Shown: positions 8,733 to 16,794 of the stretch, in pieces
Numbering within the stretch: the first letter of the stretch is position 1
Layout of the letters: each line of letters opens with the position of its first letter
Source of the DNA: Minisyncoccota bacterium
GTDB taxonomy: Bacteria > Patescibacteriota > Minisyncoccia > Phycocordibacterales > UBA9973
NCBI GenBank assembly: GCA_041661005.1
Contig: JBAZVG010000001.1
Location: 196,917-260,916, forward strand
DNA: 64,000 nucleotides
Reading direction: 5' to 3'
Program-made: the position numbers and the translations under genes
Notes under the pieces: generated by a model
What the model saw: the letters and a program-made list of their open reading frames with translations, nothing else
What the model was told of the DNA's origin: nothing
Databases searched by the model: none

Positions 8733-9284
8733 ATGCAATACAATTTTTCAAACTTTAAAACAGAAATTAAAAAAGTAGGGGATTTTTTAAGCAAAGAATA
8801 TAGCCAATTAAATATTGGACGAGCGTCGCCTATGGTTTTGGACGGCGTTTCCGTAGAATCATACGGATCTCGTGTCCCGTTAAAAAACACCGCTTCTGTT
8901 TCCATTGAGGATCCGAAAACTTTGCGCGTGGTGCCTTGGGACAAGGGTCAAATAAAAGATATTGAAAAGGCTATCAATGCGGCCAATCTGGGGCTGTCAG
9001 TTGCGACCGATGATGCTGGTATTCGAGTTATTTTTCCACAGTTAACGACGGATACAAGGCAATCTCTCGTGAAAGTGCTGAAAGAAAAATTGGAGGAAAC
9101 CAGAATCACTGTGCGTCGCGAGCGTGAAAGTATTTGGAAAGACGTAGAAGCCAAAGAAAAGGAAGGCAAGCTGACCGAAGATGAAAAATTTAGAGCAAAG
9201 GAAGAATTACAAAAAATTATAGATGAAGCTAACAGAAACCTAGAGGCAAGTTTCGAAAAAAAGCAGAAAGAAGTCATGGGGTAG
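8733..9284 (+). CDS. frr: Ribosome recycling factor
   Basis: 183 aa. Pattern GRASPMVLDGV.VE.YG ... WDK ... IEKAI ... LGL ... IRV.FP.LT.D.R matches RRF. Confidence 0.9.
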   Translation: MQYNFSNFKTEIKKVGDFLSKEYSQLNIGRASPMVLDGVSVESYGSRVPLKNTASVSIEDPKTLRVVPWDKGQIKDIEKAINAANLGLSVATDDAGIRVIFPQLTTDTRQSLVKVLKEKLEETRITVRRERESIWKDVEAKEKEGKLTEDEKFRAKEELQKIIDEANRNLEASFEKKQKEVMG

Positions 9285-9296
9285 AGCCGTATGAAT

Positions 9297-9370
9297 CCCG
9301 TTAGAAATTATAGGGACATGAAAAATATAAATTACAATCAAATATTACTTTTGGGTGAATTTCTAACGGG
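9297..9370. mobile_element. MITE-like element, second copy: terminal inverted repeats CCCGTTAGAAAT/ATTTCTAACGGG flanked by a 6-bp direct repeat ATGAAT
   Basis: The right-hand ATGAAT (9371-9376) is the rseP start codon; the left-hand copy is at 9291-9296. Positions 11-12 of the inverted repeat covary relative to copy 1 (GC/GC versus AT/AT). Confidence 0.55.
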
Positions 9371-10477
9371 ATGAATATAATAATTTTTATCATAATGTTG
9401 TTGGTGTTGGTTCTCGTGCACGAAGCGGGACATTTTTTTACTGCAAAGAAATTTGGTATTCGGGTTGACGAATTTGGATTTGGTTTTCCGCCGAAGATAT
9501 TTGGCAAGAAATATGGTGAGACTGAATATAGTTTGAATTTACTACCCATCGGAGGTTTTGTGAAAATTTTTGGCGAGAACCCCGATGATGAAAACACTAA
9601 CGGGCCGGATGCTAGCCGAAGTTTCGTCAATAAAGCAAAATGGAAGCAAGCGATAGTCTTGGTCGCTGGAGTCACTGCAAATTTTTTATTGGCATGGCTT
9701 TTGTTTTCTGTTGGATTTATGTCTGGAATGCCTACATCAGTGGGTAGTCAGCCGAAAGGTATTAATTTAAATAATGTTTTTTTAACCATAGTTTCTGTTG
9801 CGCCGGATTCTCCAGCTGAAAAAGCAGGACTTAAAACTGGAGATAGGATTGCTGCTGTAGAAATTTTACCTTATACAATGGATGAGCTTAACACTGATGC
9901 TTTTAAAGCATTTATAGTTGCACATCCTCAAAAAGAGTTTGGAATAGAGTATTTAAGAGGTAAAGATGAATATACTCTTCATACAACAAAAGTCACTCCA
10001 ACTGCGGGTATTAATGGTGCACAGCCAATGATAGGCATATCTATGGATATGATCGGCACGGCTAAATTGCCCTTTTTTACAGCCCTAAAAGAGGGAATGG
10101 AGTTAACCCTATTTGTCACAAAAGGCACAGTTGTAGGGCTTTATGAGCTTATTGTAGGCAGTATACAAGGCAAAAGCGACCTTTTGTCATCCGTGACAGG
10201 TCCCGTGGGGATGGTGGGCATAGTAGGTGACGCTTATCAGTTTGGCTTCGTCTATCTTCTTTCTTTTGCCGCACTTATCTCAGTTAATCTTGCAATCATA
10301 AACTTACTTCCGTTTCCGGCGCTAGATGGCGGACGGCTTTTCTTTCTACTGATTGAGAAAATAAAAGGTTCACGAATAAATCCAAAGTTTGCCAATATGG
10401 CCAACATGATTGGTTTTGGTATTTTGATTTTGCTTATGGTTGTAGTCACTTTTCATGATGTAATTAAATTGTTCTAA
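9371..10477 (+). CDS. rseP: Site-2 protease / M50 zinc metalloprotease RseP family with PDZ domain
   Basis: HEAGHF (HExxH) in TM1, a PDZ region, and NLLPFPALDGGRL. Confidence 0.85.
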   Translation: MNIIIFIIMLLVLVLVHEAGHFFTAKKFGIRVDEFGFGFPPKIFGKKYGETEYSLNLLPIGGFVKIFGENPDDENTNGPDASRSFVNKAKWKQAIVLVAGVTANFLLAWLLFSVGFMSGMPTSVGSQPKGINLNNVFLTIVSVAPDSPAEKAGLKTGDRIAAVEILPYTMDELNTDAFKAFIVAHPQKEFGIEYLRGKDEYTLHTTKVTPTAGINGAQPMIGISMDMIGTAKLPFFTALKEGMELTLFVTKGTVVGLYELIVGSIQGKSDLLSSVTGPVGMVGIVGDAYQFGFVYLLSFAALISVNLAIINLLPFPALDGGRLFFLLIEKIKGSRINPKFANMANMIGFGILILLMVVVTFHDVIKLF

Positions 10478-10507
10478 AAATACTCTAACATTCTATAGAA
10501 TATTAGA

Positions 10508-11275
10508 ATGAAAAATCAAGGTAAAAAAATAAAATTAATTCACGAGATTCGAGCTGTTAAGAGCAGGAAGGAACTTGCATATATTGTAAAAGCGCAAAGA
10601 ATATCAGAAAAAGTATTAACAGATACTGTAAAAAAATTACGTACAGGCGTGACAGAACTTGAAATTGCGGATTTAATTAAAAAAGCATATATCAGCCATG
10701 GCGTAAATGTGTTATCTTTTCCGCCTATAGTCGCTTTTGGGAAAAATACCGCAAATATTCATCATGAACCCAACAAAACAAAATTAAAAAAAGGGAATAC
10801 TGTGATGTTTGATTTTGGATGCACAGTAAATCATTATTGTTCTGATATGACGCGGACATATTTCTGGGGTGAACCGAGTGCAAAGCAAAAGAAAATTTAT
10901 TTAATTGTTTTAGAAGCTCAAGAAATAGCTATTAGCAAAATAGAAAAGGGAGAGCGGCAGGCAAAGGTTATAGATAACGTAGCGCGAAAATTTCTTAATA
11001 AAAAATACAGAAATAAATCCGCCTCGGATCGACCGAGTCGAGACGGGTTTCCACATGGTCTTGGTCATGGAGTAGGTACTGTCATTCACGAATGGCCGAA
11101 TTTTAAACCAAAGAGTGAAGATATCCTTCCGACAGGATGCGTGATGACTATTGAGCCCGGACTATATTTCAAAGGTTTTGGCGGAATACGGATCGAAGAT
11201 ATGATTCTGATTACCAAAAATGGCTGCAAGAACCTAACCAATTTTCCTAAAGATTTAAAAAACGCAATTATATAA
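10508..11275 (+). CDS. M24-family metallopeptidase (Xaa-Pro dipeptidase / aminopeptidase catalytic domain only)
   Basis: Pita-bread fold motifs: FDFGC..N.Y.SD.TRT, HGLGHGVG.VIHE, EPG.Y and GIRIED. Confidence 0.75.
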   Translation: MKNQGKKIKLIHEIRAVKSRKELAYIVKAQRISEKVLTDTVKKLRTGVTELEIADLIKKAYISHGVNVLSFPPIVAFGKNTANIHHEPNKTKLKKGNTVMFDFGCTVNHYCSDMTRTYFWGEPSAKQKKIYLIVLEAQEIAISKIEKGERQAKVIDNVARKFLNKKYRNKSASDRPSRDGFPHGLGHGVGTVIHEWPNFKPKSEDILPTGCVMTIEPGLYFKGFGGIRIEDMILITKNGCKNLTNFPKDLKNAII

Positions 11276-11293
11276 AATAATCAAACTTTTTCC

Positions 11294-11366
11294 GGTACGA
11301 ATTTTTTTAAGCTTAAAAAATCCTGAAATTCTCTGCTCGTCAGCCTCGAAACCCCTCCAAAAGTTT
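11294..11366 (+). repeat. 72-bp intergenic repeat, copy 1 (GGTACGRATTTTTTTAAGCTTAAAAAATCCTGAAGTTYTCGGCTCGTCAGCCTCGAAACCCC..AAAAGTT)
   Basis: Three near-identical copies in this window (11294, 14908, 26738), all outside CDSs. Contains a perfect palindrome GATTTTTTTAAGCTTAAAAAAATC. Confidence 0.65.
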
Positions 11367-11416
11367 ATTATTTTATATATTTTGAAAAAAACAATTATCA
11401 AGGTATACTGTTTCCT

Positions 11417-12385
11417 ATGGCAAAAAAGAAGTTAAAAATTGGAGTGCTTTTTGGAGGAAAATCAGCGGAACATGAAGTTTCTATAAATTCAGCGCATAAT
11501 GTCATCAATGCTCTCGATAAAACTAAATATCAAATAACCCCAATAAAAATAAATATAAACGGGAAATTTAATTTGAATATTGTTAAAAATTTTGATGTGA
11601 TTTTTCCCGTGATGCACGGACCATTTGGTGAAGATGGCAGTATGCAGGGGCTTCTGAAACTTGCTGGAGTGCCGTTTGTGGGTGCGGGAGTATTAGGTTC
11701 AGCTGTTGGAATGGATAAAGATGTAATGAAAAGACTTTTGTTACAGGCAGGAATTCCGATAGGAAAATATATTACATTGAGAGACTATGAGCACATAGAT
11801 TTTAGTAAAGTAAAAAGAGATTTAGGGTTACCGGTTTTTATAAAACCGGCGAATATGGGTTCATCGGTAGGTGTCAGTAAGGTACGAAATGAAGAAGAAT
11901 GGGATAATGCTATAAAAGAGGCTTTTAAATTTGATACGAAAATAATTATAGAAAAATTTATTGATGGACGTGAAATCGAATGCGCAGTCTTGGGTAATAG
12001 TGATCCAAAAGCATCTATCCCAGGTGAAATTATAGCTAATCAAGAATTCTATTCTTACAATGCAAAATATATTGACGAAGGATATGTTATAGAAATTCCA
12101 GCAAAAATAGACAAAAAAACAACTAAAAAAGTTCAAGAGCTGGCGATTAAAGTTTTTAAAACTCTGAATTGTGAAGGTCTGGGGCGAGTGGATTCTTTTG
12201 TGACAAAAAATGGAGAAGTTTTTGTAAACGAAATAAACACGATACCTGGATTTACCAACATCAGTATGTATCCTAAATTATGGGAGGCGAGTGGAATACC
12301 ACAATCAAAACTTCTAGATAAATTGATTGATCTAGCGATAGAACGATTTGAAAAAGAACAGAAATTAAAAACCACAGTTGTCTGA
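11417..12385 (+). CDS. ddl: D-alanine--D-alanine ligase
   Basis: [16 protein letters not shown]-terminus and ATP-grasp motifs; 322 aa. Confidence 0.9.
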   Translation: MAKKKLKIGVLFGGKSAEHEVSINSAHNVINALDKTKYQITPIKININGKFNLNIVKNFDVIFPVMHGPFGEDGSMQGLLKLAGVPFVGAGVLGSAVGMDKDVMKRLLLQAGIPIGKYITLRDYEHIDFSKVKRDLGLPVFIKPANMGSSVGVSKVRNEEEWDNAIKEAFKFDTKIIIEKFIDGREIECAVLGNSDPKASIPGEIIANQEFYSYNAKYIDEGYVIEIPAKIDKKTTKKVQELAIKVFKTLNCEGLGRVDSFVTKNGEVFVNEINTIPGFTNISMYPKLWEASGIPQSKLLDKLIDLAIERFEKEQKLKTTVV

Positions 12386-12391
12386 TATACT

Positions 12392-13600
12392 TTGAAAAAT
12401 AATTTACCTCTTTCCTATATTGAAATTTCTAAAAAGAATTTGATTCACAATATCAAACAATTTAGGAATTTAATAAAAGCGGGAACTAAGATTTCTGTAG
12501 CCATAAAAGGCAATGCTTATGGCCATGGACAAAATATCGTAGCAAAAATTCTTGAGCCACACGTAGATTATTTTCAAGTAAATAACGTGGAAGAGCTTGA
12601 ATCATTGCGTAAAATAAGTCAGAAAAAAGCTTTTGTTTTAGGGTATGTGCAAAATTCGGATTTACCACGTGCTATACGATCAAATTGTATTTTGACTGTC
12701 TTCTCTCTCGGTCAATTAAAAGAAATAAACAAGATATCAAAGAAGCTTAAAAAAATACAAGAAGTTTGTGTCCCAGTTGATGCATATTTAGGGCGTGAAG
12801 GATTTTTATTTAGTGACTTGGGCGAGATTTTCGAAGAAATAAAAAAATCTGGATACGTAAAATTTACAAGTATCTATGCGCATTTTGCAAATATTGAAGA
12901 TGTGTCAAATTTTACTCATGCGCAAAAACAGATTAAGGAATATGAAAAAGCTTTAGAATTGGCGAAAATGTTCGGTTTTGAAAACCCGCCTAGACCCGTT
13001 TCGACGCAAGGCGAGCTCGGCGAGGCTGGCCCGCCTAGACTCGGCGAGGCTGGTTTGCAAACACATATATCTGCCACTTCTGGAATTTTGGTTTATGAAA
13101 AAGATAGTGGAATTAATTCAATCGTGCGATTGGGTATCGGCGCATACGGCATGTGGCCATCAGAACATTTAAAAAAAGTTTATGAAAATGAAAAATTCAA
13201 TCTGAAACCAGTGTTGTCATGGAAAACAAAGATCGCGCAAGTAAAAATCTTAGAAAAAGGGAATACCGTTGGTTATGGATTGACCTATAAAACAAATCAG
13301 AAAACAAAAATAGCAATTATCCCTCAAGGATATGCCGATGGTCTAGATCGTGGTCTTTCAAACAAGGGAGAGGTTTTGATCGGGGGCGCTCGATGTAAAA
13401 TCATAGGCAGGGTATCGATGAATATGTTTGCGGTTAATGTAAATCATTTGTCAGTTGTTAAAGTCGGCGACGAAGTTGTGATTATCGGAATTCAAAATAA
13501 AGAGAAAATTACGGCAGAGCAGGTGGCGAAAAAATTAGATACGATAAATTATGAAATTACCACGCGGATAAGTTCTTTATTGCCGAGAGTTATTACGTAG
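12392..13600 (+). CDS. alr: Alanine racemase
   Basis: PLP-lysine motif AIKGNAYGHG and the C-terminal beta domain. Carries in-frame 45-nt and 24-nt repeat copies (12985-13053). Confidence 0.85.
   Translation: MKNNLPLSYIEISKKNLIHNIKQFRNLIKAGTKISVAIKGNAYGHGQNIVAKILEPHVDYFQVNNVEELESLRKISQKKAFVLGYVQNSDLPRAIRSNCILTVFSLGQLKEINKISKKLKKIQEVCVPVDAYLGREGFLFSDLGEIFEEIKKSGYVKFTSIYAHFANIEDVSNFTHAQKQIKEYEKALELAKMFGFENPPRPVSTQGELGEAGPPRLGEAGLQTHISATSGILVYEKDSGINSIVRLGIGAYGMWPSEHLKKVYENEKFNLKPVLSWKTKIAQVKILEKGNTVGYGLTYKTNQKTKIAIIPQGYADGLDRGLSNKGEVLIGGARCKIIGRVSMNMFAVNVNHLSVVKVGDEVVIIGIQNKEKITAEQVAKKLDTINYEITTRISSLLPRVIT
12985..13053 (+). repeat. In-frame 45-nt palindromic element (12985-13029) plus adjacent 24-nt deletion derivative (13030-13053) inside alr
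   Basis: CCCGCCTAGACCCGTTTCGACGCAAGGCGAGCTCGGCGAGGCTGG followed by CCCGCCTAGACTCGGCGAGGCTGG. Translated as PRPVSTQGELGEAG then PPRLGEAG. Other copies lie at 14046, 29298 and 54860. Confidence 0.75.
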
Positions 13601-13635
13601 TTGCTTTTTGTGGTTTTTTATACTAATATCTAAAT

Positions 13636-13794
13636 ATGTCACAAGATAGACTTATAAAACTTGCGTGTGGAACCTGCAAACGAGTAAATTACTGGTCCAG
13701 TAAAAACAAGAAGCTCGTAACTAAAAAAATCGAGCTCAAAAAGTATTGCAAATGGTGCCGAAAACAAACTAAGCACAAAGAAAGTAAAAAATAG
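13636..13794 (+). CDS. rpmG: 50S ribosomal protein L33
   Basis: 52 aa, MSQDRLIKLACGTCKRVNYWSSKNKK..ELKKYCKWCRKQTKHKE, with a CxxC...CxxC zinc ribbon. Below the ORF-track size cutoff. Confidence 0.8.
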   Translation: MSQDRLIKLACGTCKRVNYWSSKNKKLVTKKIELKKYCKWCRKQTKHKESKK

Positions 13795-13853
13795 ATTTTT
13801 AATGCTTTTCTGATATACTTAAAAGCGACCTAGTAAGGTCGTTTTTGGTTATA

Positions 13854-13928
13854 CGGGCGATTAGTTAAGTGGCATAACGAAGGCCTCCAAATCCTTTGTC
13901 GGGGGTTCGATTCCCTCATCGCCCGCCG
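13854..13928 (+). tRNA. tRNA-Trp (anticodon CCA)
   Basis: Acceptor stem GGGCGAT/ATCGCCC, anticodon loop CUCCAAA, T-loop TTCGATT. CCA is not encoded. Confidence 0.8.
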
Positions 13929-13965
13929 ATATATTTTATGAAATTTTTACTATCAATAAATTATA

Positions 13966-14883
13966 TTATTTGGTTAATAATTTCCGCTTTGTTTTTCGCT
14001 GTTGGTGAATTTTTGTCAGGCGAATTTTCTTAGAAGCCCGCCTAGACCCGCTTCGATGCGAAGCGAGCTCGGCGAGGCTGGCATCAAACCATTTTATTTC
14101 TTTATCGCGCTTAAACCATGTCATTTGACGTTTAGCGTATTTTAGAGTTTCAGTGACGACTTTTTCTGGCGTCGGTTTGTAGTATTCAAAACCCAATTCT
14201 TTCAGTCGTTTTTCTGACACACCATTCTTTTTTAACTTTTTAATTTCATTAAGTAAGCCATCTTTGAACATCTTTTTGACCCTTTTTTCTACTTTCTGTC
14301 TTAGTTTATCCTGCGGTAAATACAAGCCTATTTTTATAAATTTATACGGAGGAGACTTCTCCGTAATTTTTGGAACTTTACCGAGAGCTTTCACTATTTC
14401 AATTGCCCTGATTAATCTGATTTTATTTTTTGGGTCTATATTCTTTGCTCGCTCGGGGTCTATTCTTTTTAAATACTCAAATAATGCTATCGCTGATTTT
14501 GAGTATAGTTCTTTACGAAGCTTTTCATTTGGCGGAACTTCTGGGAAAATAATACCTTTAGTCATTGCATCAATGTAAAATCCCGTGCCTCCGCAAATTA
14601 TCGGAGTTTTACCTCGAGCGATTATTTCTTTTATTTTATCTTCAGCTAATTCTTTATATTGCGCTACAGTAAATTTTCTTTTAGGGTTCGCGATGTCTAG
14701 CAGATGATGGGGGACGCCTCGCATTTCTTTTCTTGTTATTTTTCCCGTGCCAATATCAAGGCCTTTGTAAACTTGTCGTGAATCAGCTGAAATTATTTCT
14801 CCATCTATTTTTTTAGCAATCTTTACGGCTAAATCACTTTTACCTGTAGCTGTTTGACCTAATATGATAATGATTGTGGGCAC
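13966..14883 (-). CDS. miaA: tRNA dimethylallyltransferase
   Basis: P-loop GQTATGKS, DSRQVYKGLDIGT(G)K. Likely GTG start at 14883 giving MPTIIIILGQTATGKS. The ORF track extends it to 15003 by reading through the intergenic repeat. The C-terminal tail contains an in-frame copy of the 45-nt element. Confidence 0.85.
   Translation of the reverse strand: MPTIIIILGQTATGKSDLAVKIAKKIDGEIISADSRQVYKGLDIGTGKITRKEMRGVPHHLLDIANPKRKFTVAQYKELAEDKIKEIIARGKTPIICGGTGFYIDAMTKGIIFPEVPPNEKLRKELYSKSAIALFEYLKRIDPERAKNIDPKNKIRLIRAIEIVKALGKVPKITEKSPPYKFIKIGLYLPQDKLRQKVEKRVKKMFKDGLLNEIKKLKKNGVSEKRLKELGFEYYKPTPEKVVTETLKYAKRQMTWFKRDKEIKWFDASLAELASHRSGSRRASKKIRLTKIHQQRKTKRKLLTK
14046..14090 (+). repeat. 45-nt palindromic element, copy within the miaA 3' region (read on the reverse strand as ASLAELASHRSGSRRA)
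   Basis: CCCGCCTAGACCCGCTTCGATGCGAAGCGAGCTCGGCGAGGCTGG, 45 nt, with internal hairpin CGCTTCG-ATG-CGAAGCG. Confidence 0.75.
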
Positions 14884-14907
14884 AGATTGAAAAACGAACT
14901 TTTTTTT

Positions 14908-14979
14908 GGTACGGATTTTTTGAAGCTTGAAAAATCCTGAAGTTCTCGGCTCGTCAGCCTCGAAACCCCGCAAAAAGTT
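14908..14979 (+). repeat. 72-bp intergenic repeat, copy 2 (in the miaA 5' leader / murA 3' flank)
   Basis: GGTACGGATTTTTTGAAGCTTGAAAAATCCTGAAGTTCTCGGCTCGTCAGCCTCGAAACCCCGCAAAAAGTTG. Confidence 0.65.
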
Positions 14980-15002
14980 GTTTTTTATTATTCGCCTCTG
15001 CA

Positions 15003-16538
15003 TTAATTTCCCTTGATTATTTTAATATCTGCGCCGATGGAATTCAATCGCTCGGCGATTTCTTCGTAACCACGATTTATCATATAAACGTTTCGTAGTA
15101 TTGAAGTGCCACTAGCTCCAAGCATTGAGATAAGTATTACCATTGATGGTCGTAAGGCCGGTGGGCAAACGACTTGAGCTCCCTTTAACGCTGTTCCGCC
15201 GTTGATATAGAGGCGATGTGGATCTGCGAGGGTAATATCTGCGCCTAGGCGGTTTAATTCAGTCAGATATATCGCGCGATTCTCATAAACCCAGTCATGG
15301 ATCATTGTTTGACCTTTGGCCTTTATGGCAATAGGCACAAAGAATGGCAGGTTGTCTATATTTATTCCGGGATAGGGATTGGAGTGTAATTTATCATAAA
15401 GAGCTTTTAGTTTGCTTGGGAAAATTTCTACATCTACTAATTTTGTTCGTCCATTAAAAGAATAATAAATTTTTGAAGCTTTGAATTTTAAATTCATTCT
15501 TTTTAGTTTTTCCAATTCTAAAGAAAGAAAGTCTATGGGGACGCGAGTGATGCTGAGTCTCGAGTCAGTGATAATTCCAGCAGAAATAAACATCATGGAT
15601 TCTATAGGGTCTTCACTGTTCCAATATTCTATATCTTTATTTATATTTGCTACGCCATGCACGGTCAGATTGGCAGTGCCGATACCTTCTATTTTTACAC
15701 CCAAAGCTTCAAGAAAAAAACAAACTTCTTGCACCATATAGTTTGCGCTGGCAAAGTTTATTTTTGTGGCGCCAGGTATAAGAGCAGAAGCCATCAAAAC
15801 ATTTTCACAGGCCGTGTCTCCAGATTCATACATTACTATTTCACTTGGTTTTAGTTTTCGTGAAGAGATTTCATAATTCTTTGCCGTAGTCTTTACTTTT
15901 ACCCCGAGTTTTTCTAGGGCGTAGATGTGGGCGGCTATTGTGCGTTTACCTAGATTGCATCCATGTGGATGGGGGAGAGAAAAGGTTGATAATTTATGAA
16001 TGAGTGGACCCATGAGCATTACGACTGAACGAGTTTTGACCGCTGACTCTATGTTTATATTTTCTAAATTAAATTTCTCTCCTGGTGTGATGGTTAAAGT
16101 ATTCTGGTTTAGCCATTTTATTGCGACCCCGATACTTTCGAGAATTTCAATGACCCGATACACTTCCTCGATTCGCGCTATGCCATGCAAGGTTGTTGTC
16201 CCCCTGTTTAAGAGCGAAGCGCAAAGAAGCCCGACCGAACCATTTTTAGAAAAATTAGTTTTGATAGTTCCACTTAATTTTTTCCCTCCATGCACTTCGA
16301 AATCGATCGAATCATTTATAGAAACTATTTGATGATCTAAAACATTGCTTATTTTTAAAAGTAATTCAGTTGTAAAATTTTGTTCGCCTTTTTCCATTCG
16401 GGGGATAGAACTTTGAGAAGTATTCAGCGCTTTAGCAAATTGCTCTTGAGTCATTCCGCGGTGTTCGCGCAATTCTTTGATAAAATAACCTATCTTTTGT
16501 TGTTCGGTCTGTACTGTTGATTTTATATTTTTTGTCAT
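15003..16538 (-). CDS. murA: UDP-N-acetylglucosamine 1-carboxyvinyltransferase (MurA) with an N-terminal HTH_XRE DNA-binding domain fusion
   Basis: N-terminal ~75 aa reads GYFIKELREHRGMTQEQFAKALNTSQSSIPRMEKGE (XRE HTH). The rest is an EPT fold with a GCNLGKR loop and ~420 aa MurA-like sequence. Confidence 0.8.
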   Translation of the reverse strand: MTKNIKSTVQTEQQKIGYFIKELREHRGMTQEQFAKALNTSQSSIPRMEKGEQNFTTELLLKISNVLDHQIVSINDSIDFEVHGGKKLSGTIKTNFSKNGSVGLLCASLLNRGTTTLHGIARIEEVYRVIEILESIGVAIKWLNQNTLTITPGEKFNLENINIESAVKTRSVVMLMGPLIHKLSTFSLPHPHGCNLGKRTIAAHIYALEKLGVKVKTTAKNYEISSRKLKPSEIVMYESGDTACENVLMASALIPGATKINFASANYMVQEVCFFLEALGVKIEGIGTANLTVHGVANINKDIEYWNSEDPIESMMFISAGIITDSRLSITRVPIDFLSLELEKLKRMNLKFKASKIYYSFNGRTKLVDVEIFPSKLKALYDKLHSNPYPGINIDNLPFFVPIAIKAKGQTMIHDWVYENRAIYLTELNRLGADITLADPHRLYINGGTALKGAQVVCPPALRPSMVILISMLGASGTSILRNVYMINRGYEEIAERLNSIGADIKIIKGN

Positions 16539-16548
16539 ATCAAACAGT

Positions 16549-16566
16549 ATATCTCATATATGAGAT
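16549..16566. promoter_or_regulatory. Perfect 18-bp palindrome TATCTCATATATGAGATA 11 bp upstream of the HTH-MurA start codon; candidate operator
   Basis: Read from the sequence. XRE-family HTH proteins typically bind such dyads. Confidence 0.4.
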
Positions 16567-16794
16567 AATGCAAGTTTATCGATTATCTGGAGTGTGGATA
16601 ACTCGCCAGAGGCGGGCAAGGTTTTATTTTAGCCCATGCCCCAGCGCTATTGACTTTTTTGCTAATATATGATAAGAAGAATGGGAAGTTCAAACTAACT
16701 GCTTTTTTAAAACCTGCAGTCAGGGTAATAGCTAAATCCTGAATGTTTAGGTAAGTTTAAAGCAACAAACGGACAGCACTTACAATCAGTAAAT

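Noticed and set aside
12978-13172. 64-aa ORF MKTRLDPFRRKASSARLARLDSARL...
   Set aside because: It is an alternative-frame read-through of the two repeat copies inside alr, an artefact of the palindromic elements.
14884-15003. N-terminal 40 codons of the miaA ORF as drawn (MQRRIIKNNFLRGFEADEPRTSGFF...)
   Set aside because: This stretch is the 72-bp intergenic repeat translated by chance. A GTG at 14883 gives the canonical MiaA N-terminus (MPTIIIILGQTATGKS).
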